64,000 nucleotides of DNA from an uncultured Clostridia bacterium (GCA_947626145.1 CANQRB010000006.1:66089-130088); one strand, 5' to 3'. Positions 44,745 to 55,062 are shown, numbered from the stretch's first letter. Numbers and translations are program-made. The notes: generated from the sequence alone by a model not told the origin.

Positions 44745-45827
44745 TTATTCGCCCATTCTTCTCGCCCATTCCGGCCCTCCGGCGTCGCAGCTTTTCTGGG
44801 AATAGGCGCTGAGCTCACCGTACTTTTGCAGCACCCGTATCACGCTGTCGAAGAAGCGGCGGTTGATACTGTAATACACGGCCTTGCCCCGATTGCGGGT
44901 CTTTATCATATTGGCCTTTATCATCAGCGAAAGGTGATAATAGGCGTTGGTGCCGGAGAATTTCAGCTCCTGTTCAACGTCCTTGATTGAAACCTCGCCG
45001 CGGACGAGAATGAGGTTGAGTATGTCAAGGCGGTTTTTCTCGGCTATGGCCGTCCCGAACACGTCCAGAGCGGGGGCCTCGGTCCGCCGGCGCAGGGAGT
45101 CCAGACTGGCGGCGTAATCCTGCCCCAGCAGCAGAAGGCACTGTCCCCCTCCAAGGTCGGAGCAGCGTATGCAGTCCTTGGCGTAGGTGCAAAAGGATAC
45201 GAGAATATTATCATACCGCGACAGATCTATGGGCCAGCCCGCCGACTGTATATCGCGGCTGAAGCTCTCGGGCTCAAAGGAATCTTTAAGCTCCCCGCAG
45301 GTTTTGAGCGTGTAATAATCCGGAGACAGCCCTGCCTTGGCCGTGAGTTCGCCGACAAGAATTTCGAGAGCCCTTTTGGGGTCGATGAGCAGAGAATAGA
45401 GCGCGCTCTTGAGCCGGTAATCGCAGCCGGAGGTGCGGATGGCGGCGTTGATCTTCCGCAGGCCGTCAGGGACAGACGGGTCGGCGCCGGCGCAGCCCAG
45501 CCAGAAATCCAGCACCGCGCCGGTCATGGCGTCCGCGTCGGGGAAAACGTCCTCCGGACGGAAATCCTCCAGCAGCTCCGGCCCGCTCCTGAAGCAGCGG
45601 CGGGTGATAAGGCTTTTCCCGTCGTCATTGAGCAGGAAAAACGGCAGCAGCTCCTCGGGGACGGGAGAAACCTCCTCCCACAGCCTTTCCAAAAATTCCG
45701 TATCCTCCCGCGCCTTGTCCGGTTTTACAAAGTTGGCCAGACAGTGTTCCTTATTGAAATAGAGGATAAAAAGGAAGAAAAGATCATATCTCCGCCCCGG
45801 GGCATCGGCAAACTCTATCCTTTTCAC
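44745..45827 (-). CDS. ArsR-family HTH regulator with large N-terminal domain of unknown function
   Basis: C-terminal winged HTH (NRLDILNLILVRGEVSIKDVEQELKFSGTNAYYHLSLMIKANMI). GTG start with AAGGAGG RBS. 16 nt downstream of the GH105 gene. Confidence 0.55.
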   Translation of the reverse strand: MKRIEFADAPGRRYDLFFLFILYFNKEHCLANFVKPDKAREDTEFLERLWEEVSPVPEELLPFFLLNDDGKSLITRRCFRSGPELLEDFRPEDVFPDADAMTGAVLDFWLGCAGADPSVPDGLRKINAAIRTSGCDYRLKSALYSLLIDPKRALEILVGELTAKAGLSPDYYTLKTCGELKDSFEPESFSRDIQSAGWPIDLSRYDNILVSFCTYAKDCIRCSDLGGGQCLLLLGQDYAASLDSLRRRTEAPALDVFGTAIAEKNRLDILNLILVRGEVSIKDVEQELKFSGTNAYYHLSLMIKANMIKTRNRGKAVYYSINRRFFDSVIRVLQKYGELSAYSQKSCDAGGPEWARRMGE

Positions 45828-45843
45828 GGCCGAAGCCTCCTTT

Positions 45844-47310
45844 TCACTTTATTTTTGAGAGCAGCAGCTCTTTTATTTTTCCGTCCTTTTCGCAGAAGTT
45901 CTTTTCCTTATGGGACAGGAGGACAACGCCGTCCCGAAGGGGAATTGCCTTTTTGCCCAGCTCCCGGACGGGAACGTCTCTGTCCGCGCCCAGGACGGCC
46001 TTTGCCGCGGCGGCGGGTATGTACAACTCGCCGTCCCTGACAAACGGGGCGGGCAGCCTGAGCGGGCCGGCGGCGCAGCAGTAGTAGTTTTCGCTTCCGG
46101 CCCTGATGGCCCATTTGCCCCACATGAAGCGCCGGAGGGCGGCCTCGTTTGCTGGGGTGCCGTTCACGAAGCGGGCGGCCTCACACATGGCAAGGAGGAA
46201 GGCCCCCACGCCGAAGTTGACGGTGCAGTCCCGAGGCGTGGCCTGAGTGGCGTTGGAGCCGATGGGCTGGACATAGCCCACCTTGCCGTCGGGGTGAAGG
46301 GCAACCTTTGACAGATAATTCAGCGCCCTTTCGGCGGCGGGGAGATAGGTCTCCCCGTCCAGTAGGCCGTAGTTCAGGCCCCAGAACAGCCCGTAGGTGA
46401 AAAAGCCGGTGCCGCTGGTCTCGTAGCCCTGGGGATTTTCCTCGCTCAGGGGATAATCCGCCAGCATGGACTGAGTCCAAAAGCCTCTGCCCTCGCCGTC
46501 AACCTTCTGACAGGCGATAACTGCGGGAGCCATTTCCAGATAAGTGCGCTTGAAATAACCGTAATGCTCATAGTCCTCCGGCATCTCGTTAAGCACCTTT
46601 GCAAGGCCCGCAAACACCCAGCCGTCGCCCCGGGCCCAGAAATTCTTCGTGCCGTTTATCTCGCTGCCAACATAACTGCCGTCCCGATAGAACAGGTGGC
46701 GGAACTCGCCGCCCACGGGGGTTGGCATACCGTCCTCGCCGTCATACATGAGCTCCTTCGCAAATTTGAAAAAGCGGTAGAGGGCGTCCAGATATTTTGT
46801 GTCGCCAAAGGTCAGGAACAGCTTTATGTAAACAGGCATCACCATATACAGGGCGTCGGCCCACCACCAATAGCCGTTTTCGCCGGTGGAAAGCTGGTAG
46901 TCGCAGACAAATTTTGCCCTTTCGATTTTTTTCGGATCGGGGTCAAGGGCGTAGAGATCCAGATAGGTCTGGAAGCAGGTCTGCCAGTCGCCGAAGAGGG
47001 CGGCCTTTGAATTCGGATCCTGACTGTAGCCGAAGGTCCACTCCCCGGGGTCGGCCTTGGTGGGATGGCCCCACCATCCGTTGTGCTCGGCCCATTCCTG
47101 GCTGTAGCGCCGGTAGGCCTCGTCCTCAAGGGTGAAATAGGCCTCCATGTTGCCGGTGTGGTAGGCCGCCGTGTCCCAGAACGGCACCGGCACCCCGTTT
47201 GTTTCCTGCGCCGGGCCCACATTGCTCTGCCAATAGCCGTTGGCGCGGCGGATATTTTCAACGATTTCATTATAACTCAGCATGACAAAAATCCTTTCAT
47301 TTTCACGCAT
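45844..47310 (-). CDS. Glycoside hydrolase family 105/88 (unsaturated rhamnogalacturonyl/glucuronyl hydrolase) with C-terminal extension
   Basis: (alpha/alpha)6 hydrolase motifs, including WARGDGW and catalytic Asp context. About 100 extra C-terminal residues. Confidence 0.65.
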   Translation of the reverse strand: MRENERIFVMLSYNEIVENIRRANGYWQSNVGPAQETNGVPVPFWDTAAYHTGNMEAYFTLEDEAYRRYSQEWAEHNGWWGHPTKADPGEWTFGYSQDPNSKAALFGDWQTCFQTYLDLYALDPDPKKIERAKFVCDYQLSTGENGYWWWADALYMVMPVYIKLFLTFGDTKYLDALYRFFKFAKELMYDGEDGMPTPVGGEFRHLFYRDGSYVGSEINGTKNFWARGDGWVFAGLAKVLNEMPEDYEHYGYFKRTYLEMAPAVIACQKVDGEGRGFWTQSMLADYPLSEENPQGYETSGTGFFTYGLFWGLNYGLLDGETYLPAAERALNYLSKVALHPDGKVGYVQPIGSNATQATPRDCTVNFGVGAFLLAMCEAARFVNGTPANEAALRRFMWGKWAIRAGSENYYCCAAGPLRLPAPFVRDGELYIPAAAAKAVLGADRDVPVRELGKKAIPLRDGVVLLSHKEKNFCEKDGKIKELLLSKIK

Positions 47311-47334
47311 ATACTGTTACTGTCTTTATTATAA

Positions 47335-47362
47335 CAGTAACGGGGGCCAAAAGTCAATAAGT
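47335..47362. promoter_or_regulatory. Candidate operator palindrome in the divergent promoter region
   Basis: GTTACTGT-ctttattata-ACAGTAAC: perfect 8-bp inverted repeat with 10-bp spacer, upstream of the GH105/ArsR operon. Confidence 0.3.
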
Positions 47363-47497
47363 CAAGGAGTTTTTTTACAATTTCAATAAAATTATTGATT
47401 TTTTTTTGCAGGTGTGATAGAATTTAACTGTATATGCAAAACCGCAAACATTTTGTCCCGGCTCGCCCGGGGCACGGCGTGAAAACGGAGGAACCGA

Positions 47498-48868
47498 ATG
47501 AAAATAAAATTTTTGATCTGCTCGCTGGCGGCGTTTTTTCTCCTGTGCTCCGCCGCCTCGGCCGACTTTTTACAGATTGCCGACGAGGCGGCCGCCGACG
47601 GCGTGCCCGGCGCGGCGGAAATGCTGGACTATGTCTACGCCAACGGAGCGGCCCAAAATCCAAAATCGGAAATACGCCGCCTGTATATATGGAACTACCT
47701 GCTGGAAATGGAAAAGCAGGAGGCCGAGCTGACCCGCGACATATATTATTCCGCATACACCGACCTGAACAGGAACGGCGAGCTTGACTATCTGGCGGAG
47801 CTGGCCGACGAACAGTCCCGTATATCCGGACAGCTGACGGACGAGCTGAACCGCGGCTACGCCTATCTTTCGCTGGTGGAAAAAAGCGGCCCCTCGGTCA
47901 GGGAAGCCGCCGGGGACGCGGCCAAATCAGTCGCCGCGAAAACGGCGAAAAACGCTTCAAAGGCCGGCAGCGGGGCGACGGTCGTCCTGCTGGCCGCCGT
48001 CTGCGTCCTGCTGGCCGCCGTTACCACGGCGGTAATGATCTGCCTTGGCAGGATAAAGAGGCGCGGCCTCCGCGGGCGGACACTGCGCGACCTGCGCCGC
48101 TGTCTGCTGGGCGGCAGGGGAATAATACTGGCCGCCGGGCTGATTTTGGCCGTGGGCTCGTCCTTCCTGACCCTTCCCTACAGCTTCGAGCAAATTCCGT
48201 CCCTGCCCGAGACCAACGGAGAATGTCTTTACGCCGCCGAGGCGCTGCTGGACTACTGCGACAGGCTGGAGCTGAAGCCCGGCAGCACTGTCGCCGAAAA
48301 GGTGGAAAACGTAAAGCGCTATCAGCTTTCCTCGGCAATGGGCGAAATACTGAACAACAAGGTTGCCATCAACCTTAAAGAGGTAAAAACCCACTATCAA
48401 AGGCTGGCGGAGCATCAGGACTCCGCCCGGCACACCGGCCTTGCAAGGGCGCAGGAAATGCTTAAGGCCGCCGAGGAGGGCTCCGCCCTGTCCTACCTCG
48501 ACCAGATCAAGGCTTATATGGAGCAGGAAATTCAGGCCGGTCTGGCCGGCGTAAAGGCGGATTATTACCACAATCTGGTAGATCTGATGAACGCCGACGT
48601 CCTCGTCACGCCGGGGGCCGAGGCACGGGCACGGGCCTATATAGACGACGCAAAGAAGGTACTCACGGATATACTCACCGTCCCCCCAAGGCCCGAGCTG
48701 CCGCTGCTGGCGGCGCTGGGCGGATACGGCATCGGCATACTGGCGGCCACGGCAGCAGTCCTGCTGACCGGCCTTATCCGCTTCGGCATACGGCGGAGCG
48801 GTCAGGGCAGCCGGACCGACGACCTTGAAGGGGCGGAAACAATGGAAGAAGTAGCATTCCGGGGTTAA
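47498..48868 (+). CDS. Hypothetical membrane protein (signal peptide, two TM segments, helical domains)
   Basis: 456 aa with N-terminal signal sequence and internal and C-terminal TM stretches. Upstream TTGATT-17-TGaTAGAAT promoter and GGAGGAA RBS. Confidence 0.45.
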   Translation: MKIKFLICSLAAFFLLCSAASADFLQIADEAAADGVPGAAEMLDYVYANGAAQNPKSEIRRLYIWNYLLEMEKQEAELTRDIYYSAYTDLNRNGELDYLAELADEQSRISGQLTDELNRGYAYLSLVEKSGPSVREAAGDAAKSVAAKTAKNASKAGSGATVVLLAAVCVLLAAVTTAVMICLGRIKRRGLRGRTLRDLRRCLLGGRGIILAAGLILAVGSSFLTLPYSFEQIPSLPETNGECLYAAEALLDYCDRLELKPGSTVAEKVENVKRYQLSSAMGEILNNKVAINLKEVKTHYQRLAEHQDSARHTGLARAQEMLKAAEEGSALSYLDQIKAYMEQEIQAGLAGVKADYYHNLVDLMNADVLVTPGAEARARAYIDDAKKVLTDILTVPPRPELPLLAALGGYGIGILAATAAVLLTGLIRFGIRRSGQGSRTDDLEGAETMEEVAFRG

Positions 48869-48960
48869 CCCGCAAAAATAATTTAGTACAATTTGACGGT
48901 TGAAATTTTTTCATATTCGTGATACAATCAGCAAAACTGAACATACGGAGGAACTTAAAC

Positions 48961-49230
48961 ATGAAAGCAGTCGTAACAGTCGTAGGCAAGGACCGCACCG
49001 GCATAATCGCCCGGGTAAGCGGCTATCTGTATGAAAACAGCGTGAATATTCTGGACATCAGCCAGACCATCATGCAGGACATCTTCACCATGATAATGCT
49101 GGTGGACTCCGCCGAAAGCGGCCTCGACCTCTCCTCGCTCCAGACCGGTCTGGCCAGGGTGGGCGATGAGCTGGGGGTGTCCGTCTCCATACAGCGGGAG
49201 GAGCTCTTCAACTCCATGCACCGCATTTGA
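48961..49230 (+). CDS. ACT domain protein (UPF0237 family)
   Basis: About 90 aa with ACT fold (VVTVVGKDRTGIIARVS). Conserved partner of the UPF0210 gene. RBS ACGGAGGAA. Confidence 0.75.
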   Translation: MKAVVTVVGKDRTGIIARVSGYLYENSVNILDISQTIMQDIFTMIMLVDSAESGLDLSSLQTGLARVGDELGVSVSIQREELFNSMHRI

Positions 49231-49243
49231 GGGGGTATGACCT

Positions 49244-50602
49244 GTGCTTAACGTAAATCCAGTCGAAATTATTGAGACCCTGAACATGATAAAGGACGAG
49301 CACCTTGACGTCCGCACCATAACAATGGGAATTTCCCTCTTTGACTGCGTCAGCGACGACTGGCACAGGGCCGTGGACAAGGTGTACGACAAAATAACCC
49401 GTCTGGCGGAAAATCTTGTTTCCACCGGCGAACAGATCGAGGCGGAGTTCGGCATACCCATTGTGAACAAGCGCATTTCCGTGACGCCTATTTCCCTCAT
49501 CTGCGCTCCCTGCGGCCACAGTCTGGAGTTCGCCCGCGCCCTTGACCGGGCGGCAAAGACAACGGGGGTCAACTTCCTCGGGGGCTACAGCGCCCTTGTG
49601 GCAAAGGGATATTCCAACGCCGACCGGGAGTTCATCGCCTCGATACCAGAGGCTCTGGCCACCACGGACTTCCTTTGCTCCAGCGTAAACGTGGCCACCA
49701 CCAAGGCCGGCATAAATATGGACGCCGTGGCCCAGATGGGACGGGTGATAAAGGACACCGCCGCCGCCACGGCGGACAGGGGCGGCTTCGGCTGCGCCAA
49801 GCTGGTAGTCTTTGCCAACGCGGTGGAGGACAATCCCTTCATGGCCGGAGCTTTCCACGGCGCGGGCGAGCCGGAGTGCGCCATCAACGTGGGCGTCAGC
49901 GGCCCCGGCGTGGTGAAGTGCGCCCTTGAACGGGTAAAGGGCCGGCCCTTCGGCGTCGTGGCCGAGACCGTGAAAAAAACCGCCTTCAAGATAACCCGCG
50001 TGGGCCAGATGGTAGCCGAGGAGGCCAGCCGCCGGCTGGGCGTGCCCTTCGGCATAGTGGATCTTTCTCTGGCTCCCACCCCCGCCCGGGGGGACAGCGT
50101 GGCCCACATTCTTGAGGAAATGGGACTTGAACAGTGCGGAACCCACGGCACCACCGCCGCCCTCGCCCTGCTGAACGACGCCGTCAAAAAGGGCGGCGTA
50201 ATGGCCAGCAGCTATGTGGGGGGCCTCAGCGGAGCCTTTATTCCCGTCAGCGAGGACGCCGGAATGATAGCCGCCGCCGAAAGCGGCTGCCTGACCCTTG
50301 AAAAGCTGGAGGCCATGACCTGCGTGTGCAGCGTGGGTCTGGACATGATAGCCGTCCCCGGCGACACCTCCGCCGAAACCATAAGCGGCATCATCGCCGA
50401 CGAGATGGCCATCGGCGTGGTCAATACCAAGACCACCGCCGTACGGGTGATACCCGCCGTGGGCAAAAAGGTTGGCGACAGCGTGGAGTTCGGCGGTCTG
50501 CTGGGCACCGCTCCGGTGATGCCGGTCAACGGCGCAAGCTGCGCGGATTTTATCGCCCGGGGCGGACGTATCCCCGCGCCCATACACAGCCTGAAAAACT
50601 GA
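49244..50602 (+). CDS. UPF0210 (DUF711, PFL-like) family protein
   Basis: 452 aa with typical length and composition. Adjacent to the ACT partner. Confidence 0.75.
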   Translation: MLNVNPVEIIETLNMIKDEHLDVRTITMGISLFDCVSDDWHRAVDKVYDKITRLAENLVSTGEQIEAEFGIPIVNKRISVTPISLICAPCGHSLEFARALDRAAKTTGVNFLGGYSALVAKGYSNADREFIASIPEALATTDFLCSSVNVATTKAGINMDAVAQMGRVIKDTAAATADRGGFGCAKLVVFANAVEDNPFMAGAFHGAGEPECAINVGVSGPGVVKCALERVKGRPFGVVAETVKKTAFKITRVGQMVAEEASRRLGVPFGIVDLSLAPTPARGDSVAHILEEMGLEQCGTHGTTAALALLNDAVKKGGVMASSYVGGLSGAFIPVSEDAGMIAAAESGCLTLEKLEAMTCVCSVGLDMIAVPGDTSAETISGIIADEMAIGVVNTKTTAVRVIPAVGKKVGDSVEFGGLLGTAPVMPVNGASCADFIARGGRIPAPIHSLKN

Positions 50603-50770
50603 CATGGACGGTTTGTCATATTGGAATCACAATTCGGCTTACTATCCGCGGCGTCATTCCGTCACACGAACTTGAGAAAAAGCCGCCCGTTTGCTCAAAC
50701 CGGGCGGCCTTCCGCTCAACGTTGACATCAGACATTTTTGAGACAACGCAAAAAAATTTCGGAAAAGCTC

Positions 50771-50799
50771 TTGATTTCCTGACGGCGTTGTGATATAAT
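50771..50799 (+). promoter_or_regulatory. Sigma-A promoter of tRNA-Leu
   Basis: TTGATT-tcctgacggcgttgtga-TATAAT. Confidence 0.6.
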
Positions 50800-50812
50800 A
50801 GCTAAGTAATGT

Positions 50813-50899
50813 GCCGATGTGATGGAATTGGTAGACGTAGTGGACTCAAAATCCACCGGTAGCGATACCGTGCCGGTTCGAGTCCGGCCATCGGCACCA
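50813..50899 (+). tRNA. tRNA-Leu (anticodon CAA)
   Basis: gccgatgtgatggaattggtagacgtagtggactCAAaatccaccggtagcgataccgtgccggttcgagtccggccatcggcacca: long variable arm and encoded CCA. Confidence 0.85.
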
Positions 50900-50902
50900 G
50901 CG

Positions 50903-50941
50903 TCGGAGCAGAGGTTAGCCATGCTCCGGCCTTTCTTTTTG
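50903..50941 (+). terminator. Terminator after tRNA-Leu
   Basis: cggagca-gaggttagccat-gctccgg-cctttcttttt. Confidence 0.5.
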
Positions 50942-50993
50942 TCTGTCACGGTTATTTACCGCGGACAACCCTTCACAAAGGACTGACTTTTGT

Positions 50994-52184
50994 ATGAATA
51001 AAATTTCCAAATCCACCGCCGCCCTTCTCGCAGTCTGCTTTCTGTGCCTGGCCGGCGCCCTCGGACTGGTGTGCTCTCTGATTTTCCGAGGCCCCATAGA
51101 CACGGCCACCGCCCAGGACACCCCCGCTCCGCCGGAAGCGCCCGCAGCGGTAACCATTGAAATAGCGGCGGTCGGCGACAATCTGATGCATATGCCGCTC
51201 ATCAAAAGCGGACGGACGGACACGGGCTACAACTTTGACGGCTTTTATCAAAATATAAAAGCCCGCCTGGCGGACGCGGACATCAGGGCTGTAAATCAGG
51301 AGACCGTGTTCATAAACGACCCCTCGCGGTACAGCGGCTATCCCAGCTTCGGCGGACCGACGGCAGTGGGCGAAAGTCTGGTCAGGGCGGGTTTCAACGT
51401 CATAGAGCAGGCCTCCAACCACTCTTACGACATGGGGCAGGACGGCCTGAGGGACACAATGGAGTTCTGGCACGGCCAGCCGGTGACCCTGCTGGGCGTC
51501 AACGACAGCCCCGAGGCGGCCCTGCGGGTGGACAAGTTCGTCAAGGACGGCTTCACGGTGGCGCTGATGAACTACACCTACGGCCTGAACGGCTACGTTC
51601 TGCCCTCGGGCAGTGAGCATCTGGTTAACGTCCTCAGCGATGAGGCCCGGCCCGCCATCGCGGAGCAGATCGCTCGCGCCAAGGCCGAAAGCGACATGGT
51701 GGTGCTCTTTCCGCACTGGGGCACGGAGTACGACACCGAGCCGGACGAATACCAGCGGGACTGGCTGAAATTCTTTAACGAAAACGGCGTAGACCTGATA
51801 ATCGGCGCCCATCCTCACGTGGTTCAGCCCGTGGAGGACTATGTGGGGGAGACCGGATACAGGACGGTGGTGTTCTATTCCCTCGGCAACTTCATTTCCA
51901 ATCAGGACTCGGTCGTGAAGGAGCTTGGCGGCGTGGCCAGAGCCACCCTTGTCAAGGACAAAAACGGCTGCCGGATCGAAAAATACTCCCTCGAGCCATG
52001 CTTCACCCACGTTTCCGGCGGAAAATACACGGTCTATATGCTGGACGACTACACCGACGAGCTGGCCCGCACCCACTCCAAGTACGGCGGCAGCCTGACG
52101 GTGGAACGGATAAGGAAGACCTTTGACGACATAGTGAACGTGCCGGAGGAGGCTCCGGCCGAAGCACAGGAAGAGGCCGCATAA
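50994..52184 (+). CDS. CapA/PgsA-family metallophosphatase-fold protein (poly-gamma-glutamate capsule biosynthesis-like), secreted or membrane-anchored
   Basis: N-terminal hydrophobic segment. Motifs VGDNLMH, ASNHSYD, HWGTEY and GAHPHVVQ. Confidence 0.7.
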   Translation: MNKISKSTAALLAVCFLCLAGALGLVCSLIFRGPIDTATAQDTPAPPEAPAAVTIEIAAVGDNLMHMPLIKSGRTDTGYNFDGFYQNIKARLADADIRAVNQETVFINDPSRYSGYPSFGGPTAVGESLVRAGFNVIEQASNHSYDMGQDGLRDTMEFWHGQPVTLLGVNDSPEAALRVDKFVKDGFTVALMNYTYGLNGYVLPSGSEHLVNVLSDEARPAIAEQIARAKAESDMVVLFPHWGTEYDTEPDEYQRDWLKFFNENGVDLIIGAHPHVVQPVEDYVGETGYRTVVFYSLGNFISNQDSVVKELGGVARATLVKDKNGCRIEKYSLEPCFTHVSGGKYTVYMLDDYTDELARTHSKYGGSLTVERIRKTFDDIVNVPEEAPAEAQEEAA

Positions 52185-52224
52185 TCGGCGTTTATAGTTA
52201 AAACCATCAATACGCAGGTTTGTC

Positions 52225-52605
52225 GTTGTTAACGTAAACCGTACAGCGGCGCGCCGGGGTCGTCGCGCCCTACCGTGGTATTTGTCATTGTTACTAAGGT
52301 ATGTAAATGCCGCACGGTTAAGGCTTCCCCTGGAGGGGAAGCTGTCGGCGAAGGCCGACTGATGAGGTGTAGCCGCTGTGCGGCGTCAGTGTATACGTTA
52401 TGTTTAATTTTATAACGGATGCTTCGCATCCTACACCTCATCCGGCCCTGCGGGCCACCTTCCCCTCGAGGGGAAGGCTTTTGCATCGTCTGTCGTTGTT
52501 AACATAAACCGTACAGAGGCGCGCCGGGGTCGTCGCGCCCTACCGTGATATTTGTCATTGTTGCTAAAGTATGTAACTGCCGCATATTAAAGGCTTCCCT
52601 TTCAA
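52225..52605. repeat. Intergenic repeat block: two ~100-bp direct repeats sharing modules with the 5100-5810 element, plus perfect GC palindromes
   Basis: gtcgttgttaacRtaaaccgtacagMggcgcgccggggtcgtcgcgccctaccgtgRtatttgtcattgtt occurs at about 52230-52310 and 52490-52570. Palindromes ggcttcccctggaggggaagc, ccttcccctcgaggggaagg and gatgcttcgcatc. Also ggccgactgatgaggtgtagccgc, which is the reverse complement of a segment at about 5330. Confidence 0.6.
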
Positions 52606-52622
52606 TGGGGAAGCCTTTAATA

Positions 52623-53870
52623 CTATAACTTAAATAACTCACGTCTTACGGCGTCAAGGGCGTTGAGCACGGTACGCACTCTCACCCGCTGACGGTCGCC
52701 GGAGAGGTTCAGCTTCACCGTCCGGACGCCCAGCTCGGAGGCCAGGCCCACATACACCAGTCCCACGGGCTTTTCCGGCGTTCCGCCGCCCGGCCCGGCA
52801 ATTCCTGTGACAGCCACGGCGATGTCCGCCCCGCTGACACGTCTGGCTCCGGCGGCCATTTCCGCCGCCGTTTCGGGACTGACGGCCCCGTGAGCCGCAA
52901 GGGTCTCCCGCCGGACGCCCAGAATTTGCTCCTTGGCCTCGTTGGCGTAGGTGATAAAGCCGAAGCCGTAAACCTCGCTGGCGCCGGGCACGGAGGTTAT
53001 GGCCGAGCCTATCATGCCGCCGGTGCAGCTCTCCGCCGTGGCGAGGGTCTTATTTTTTTGCCTTAGCAGCTCCACCACGGTACCGGCCATGGTTGCGCCG
53101 TCGCCCTCGGCGTAAATTTTGTCGCCAAATTCCCGATACATCCGCTCCGCAACGGGAGCCAGCAGCCTTTCGCCCTCTTCGGGACTGTTTGCCATGGCCG
53201 TTATGCGGAAGGTGACCTCGCCCTCCTTGGCGTAGGGGGCCACGGTGGGATTGGTCTGGTTTTTTATCAGGTCGTCGATCTGAAGGGCCGCCGCGCTCTC
53301 TCCTATTCCAAAGACACGCAGCACTCTTGAGTACAGGCCGACGCCGCTGAGCCTGCGGAGAAAGGGCTCCGCCCCGTTCAGAAACATGGGCTCCATCTCC
53401 CTCGGCGGGCCGGGGAGGAGGACGGCGGTCTTTCCGTCCTTTTCAAAGATGCAGCCCGGCGCGGTGCCGTTGTCGTTGGGGAGTATAATTCCGTCGCCCT
53501 CCGCCGGCAGATATGCCTGCTTCAGGTTGTTTTCGGGCATTGACTTATCCCAGCCCCTGATATAGGCCCGCATTTTGTCCACGCTGGGTTGGTGGAGCTT
53601 CAGCTCCGCGCCGAAAAGCTCCGCCACGGTTTCCTTGGTCAGGTCGTCGTCGGTGGGCCCAAGCCCGCCGGTGAACACAACAACGTCGCAGCGGCTTAAC
53701 GCAAGCTCCGCAGCGTCCCGCAGCCGCCGGGGATTGTCCCCAACCACGGTCTGGCGCAGAACGCTTATCCCCAGTCCGGTCAATCTTTCCGCCAGAAATC
53801 GGGCGTTGGTGTTCAACGTCTGCCCCATGAGCAGCTCCGTCCCCACGGCGATTATTTCGGCTGTGAGCAT
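52623..53870 (-). CDS. cinA: Competence/damage-inducible protein CinA (NMN amidohydrolase PncC domain)
   Basis: N-terminal MoCF-binding-like domain (IIAVGTELLMGQ) and a C-terminal CinA domain. Start at the internal ATG with GAGGAG RBS, 4 nt after the thiI stop. Confidence 0.85.
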   Translation of the reverse strand: MLTAEIIAVGTELLMGQTLNTNARFLAERLTGLGISVLRQTVVGDNPRRLRDAAELALSRCDVVVFTGGLGPTDDDLTKETVAELFGAELKLHQPSVDKMRAYIRGWDKSMPENNLKQAYLPAEGDGIILPNDNGTAPGCIFEKDGKTAVLLPGPPREMEPMFLNGAEPFLRRLSGVGLYSRVLRVFGIGESAAALQIDDLIKNQTNPTVAPYAKEGEVTFRITAMANSPEEGERLLAPVAERMYREFGDKIYAEGDGATMAGTVVELLRQKNKTLATAESCTGGMIGSAITSVPGASEVYGFGFITYANEAKEQILGVRRETLAAHGAVSPETAAEMAAGARRVSGADIAVAVTGIAGPGGGTPEKPVGLVYVGLASELGVRTVKLNLSGDRQRVRVRTVLNALDAVRRELFKL

Positions 53871-53874
53871 ATTA

Positions 53875-55059
53875 TCACTCCTCGCTCTCAATAACTTCCC
53901 ACTGAGCTTCCTCAACCGCCTTGTTCACCCAATATTCCATGTCAAGCCTGTTCTGGCTCTCCAAAATTTTCGCCAAAGCGGGCTTGGTGGTGGGATGCTT
54001 TGGCACGAACACCGTGCAGCAGTCCTCATAGGGCAGTATGGAGGTCTCGTAAGTGCCTATCTTTCGGGCAACCGTGACTATCTCGTCCTTGTCCATGCCT
54101 ATCAGGGGCCGGAACACGGGTATGTCCCCGGCGGCCTCGTCGGTGACGGCCAGGGCATGTATGGTCTGGCTGGCCACCTGACCCAGGCTCTCGCCGGTGA
54201 TGAGGGCAAGGCTGCCGCTCTTTTTCGCCAGACGGGCGGCTATCATCATCATCATGCGCCGCATTATGAGGGTCAAATGCTCCTCGGGGCAGTTGTCGCG
54301 AATGGCAAGCTGCTGCTGGGTGAAGGGCACGATGTAAAGGTTGTACCGCCCCACGTAGCCCGCCAGTATTCGGGCCAGCTCCACGACCTTTTCCTTGGCG
54401 CGCTCGCTTGTATACGGGGGGCTGGCAAAGTGGACGGCGCAGAGCTCCACGCCCCGCTTGGCCATCATGTAGCCCGCCACGGGACTGTCGATGCCGCCGC
54501 TGAGCAGCAGGGCCGCCCGGCCGTTGCTGCCGGTGGGCATTCCGCCCGGGCCGCTGACCCGGGCGATGTCGGCGTAGACGTAGGCCTCCCTGTCCCGTAT
54601 CTCCACCCTGACTATTGTGTCGGGCTGAGTGACGTTCACCTTCAAATGGCGGCACCGGCGCAGAACCGCGCCCCCCATCTCACGGCTGATGGCCGGAGAA
54701 TCAAAGGGGAACTGCTTGTCGCTGCGTTTTGCCTCCACCTTGAAGGTGGACACGGTTTCCATCGCCGGAGCCAGATACTCCGGCCCCTCTTTCAATATAA
54801 CGTCCATATCCTTGGGGAAAACTCCGGCCCGGGCGATAAACACAATGCCGAATACCTTTTGCAGCCTTTTTATCATTCCGTCCACGTCAGCGCCCTCGGC
54901 GGGTTCCACATAGGTGATGGCCTGGGACTTGCGGACGCAGCTCCAGCTGTCCTTCGGCAGGGCCTTTTTGATATTGCCGACGAGCAGATCCTCAAAGTGG
55001 CTGCGGTTAAGGCCCTTGAGTATTATTTCTCCATACTTTATGAGAAGTATCTCTTTCAT
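53875..55059 (-). CDS. thiI: tRNA 4-thiouridine synthase ThiI
   Basis: THUMP domain plus PP-loop SGGIDSPVA. Confidence 0.9.
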   Translation of the reverse strand: MKEILLIKYGEIILKGLNRSHFEDLLVGNIKKALPKDSWSCVRKSQAITYVEPAEGADVDGMIKRLQKVFGIVFIARAGVFPKDMDVILKEGPEYLAPAMETVSTFKVEAKRSDKQFPFDSPAISREMGGAVLRRCRHLKVNVTQPDTIVRVEIRDREAYVYADIARVSGPGGMPTGSNGRAALLLSGGIDSPVAGYMMAKRGVELCAVHFASPPYTSERAKEKVVELARILAGYVGRYNLYIVPFTQQQLAIRDNCPEEHLTLIMRRMMMMIAARLAKKSGSLALITGESLGQVASQTIHALAVTDEAAGDIPVFRPLIGMDKDEIVTVARKIGTYETSILPYEDCCTVFVPKHPTTKPALAKILESQNRLDMEYWVNKAVEEAQWEVIESEE

Positions 55060-55062
55060 GGG

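Noticed and set aside
53871-53915. Long TTG-initiated N-terminal extension of cinA overlapping thiI by 41 nt
   Set aside because: An internal ATG with GAGGAG RBS four nucleotides after the thiI stop gives the canonical MLTAEIIAVGTEL CinA N-terminus.
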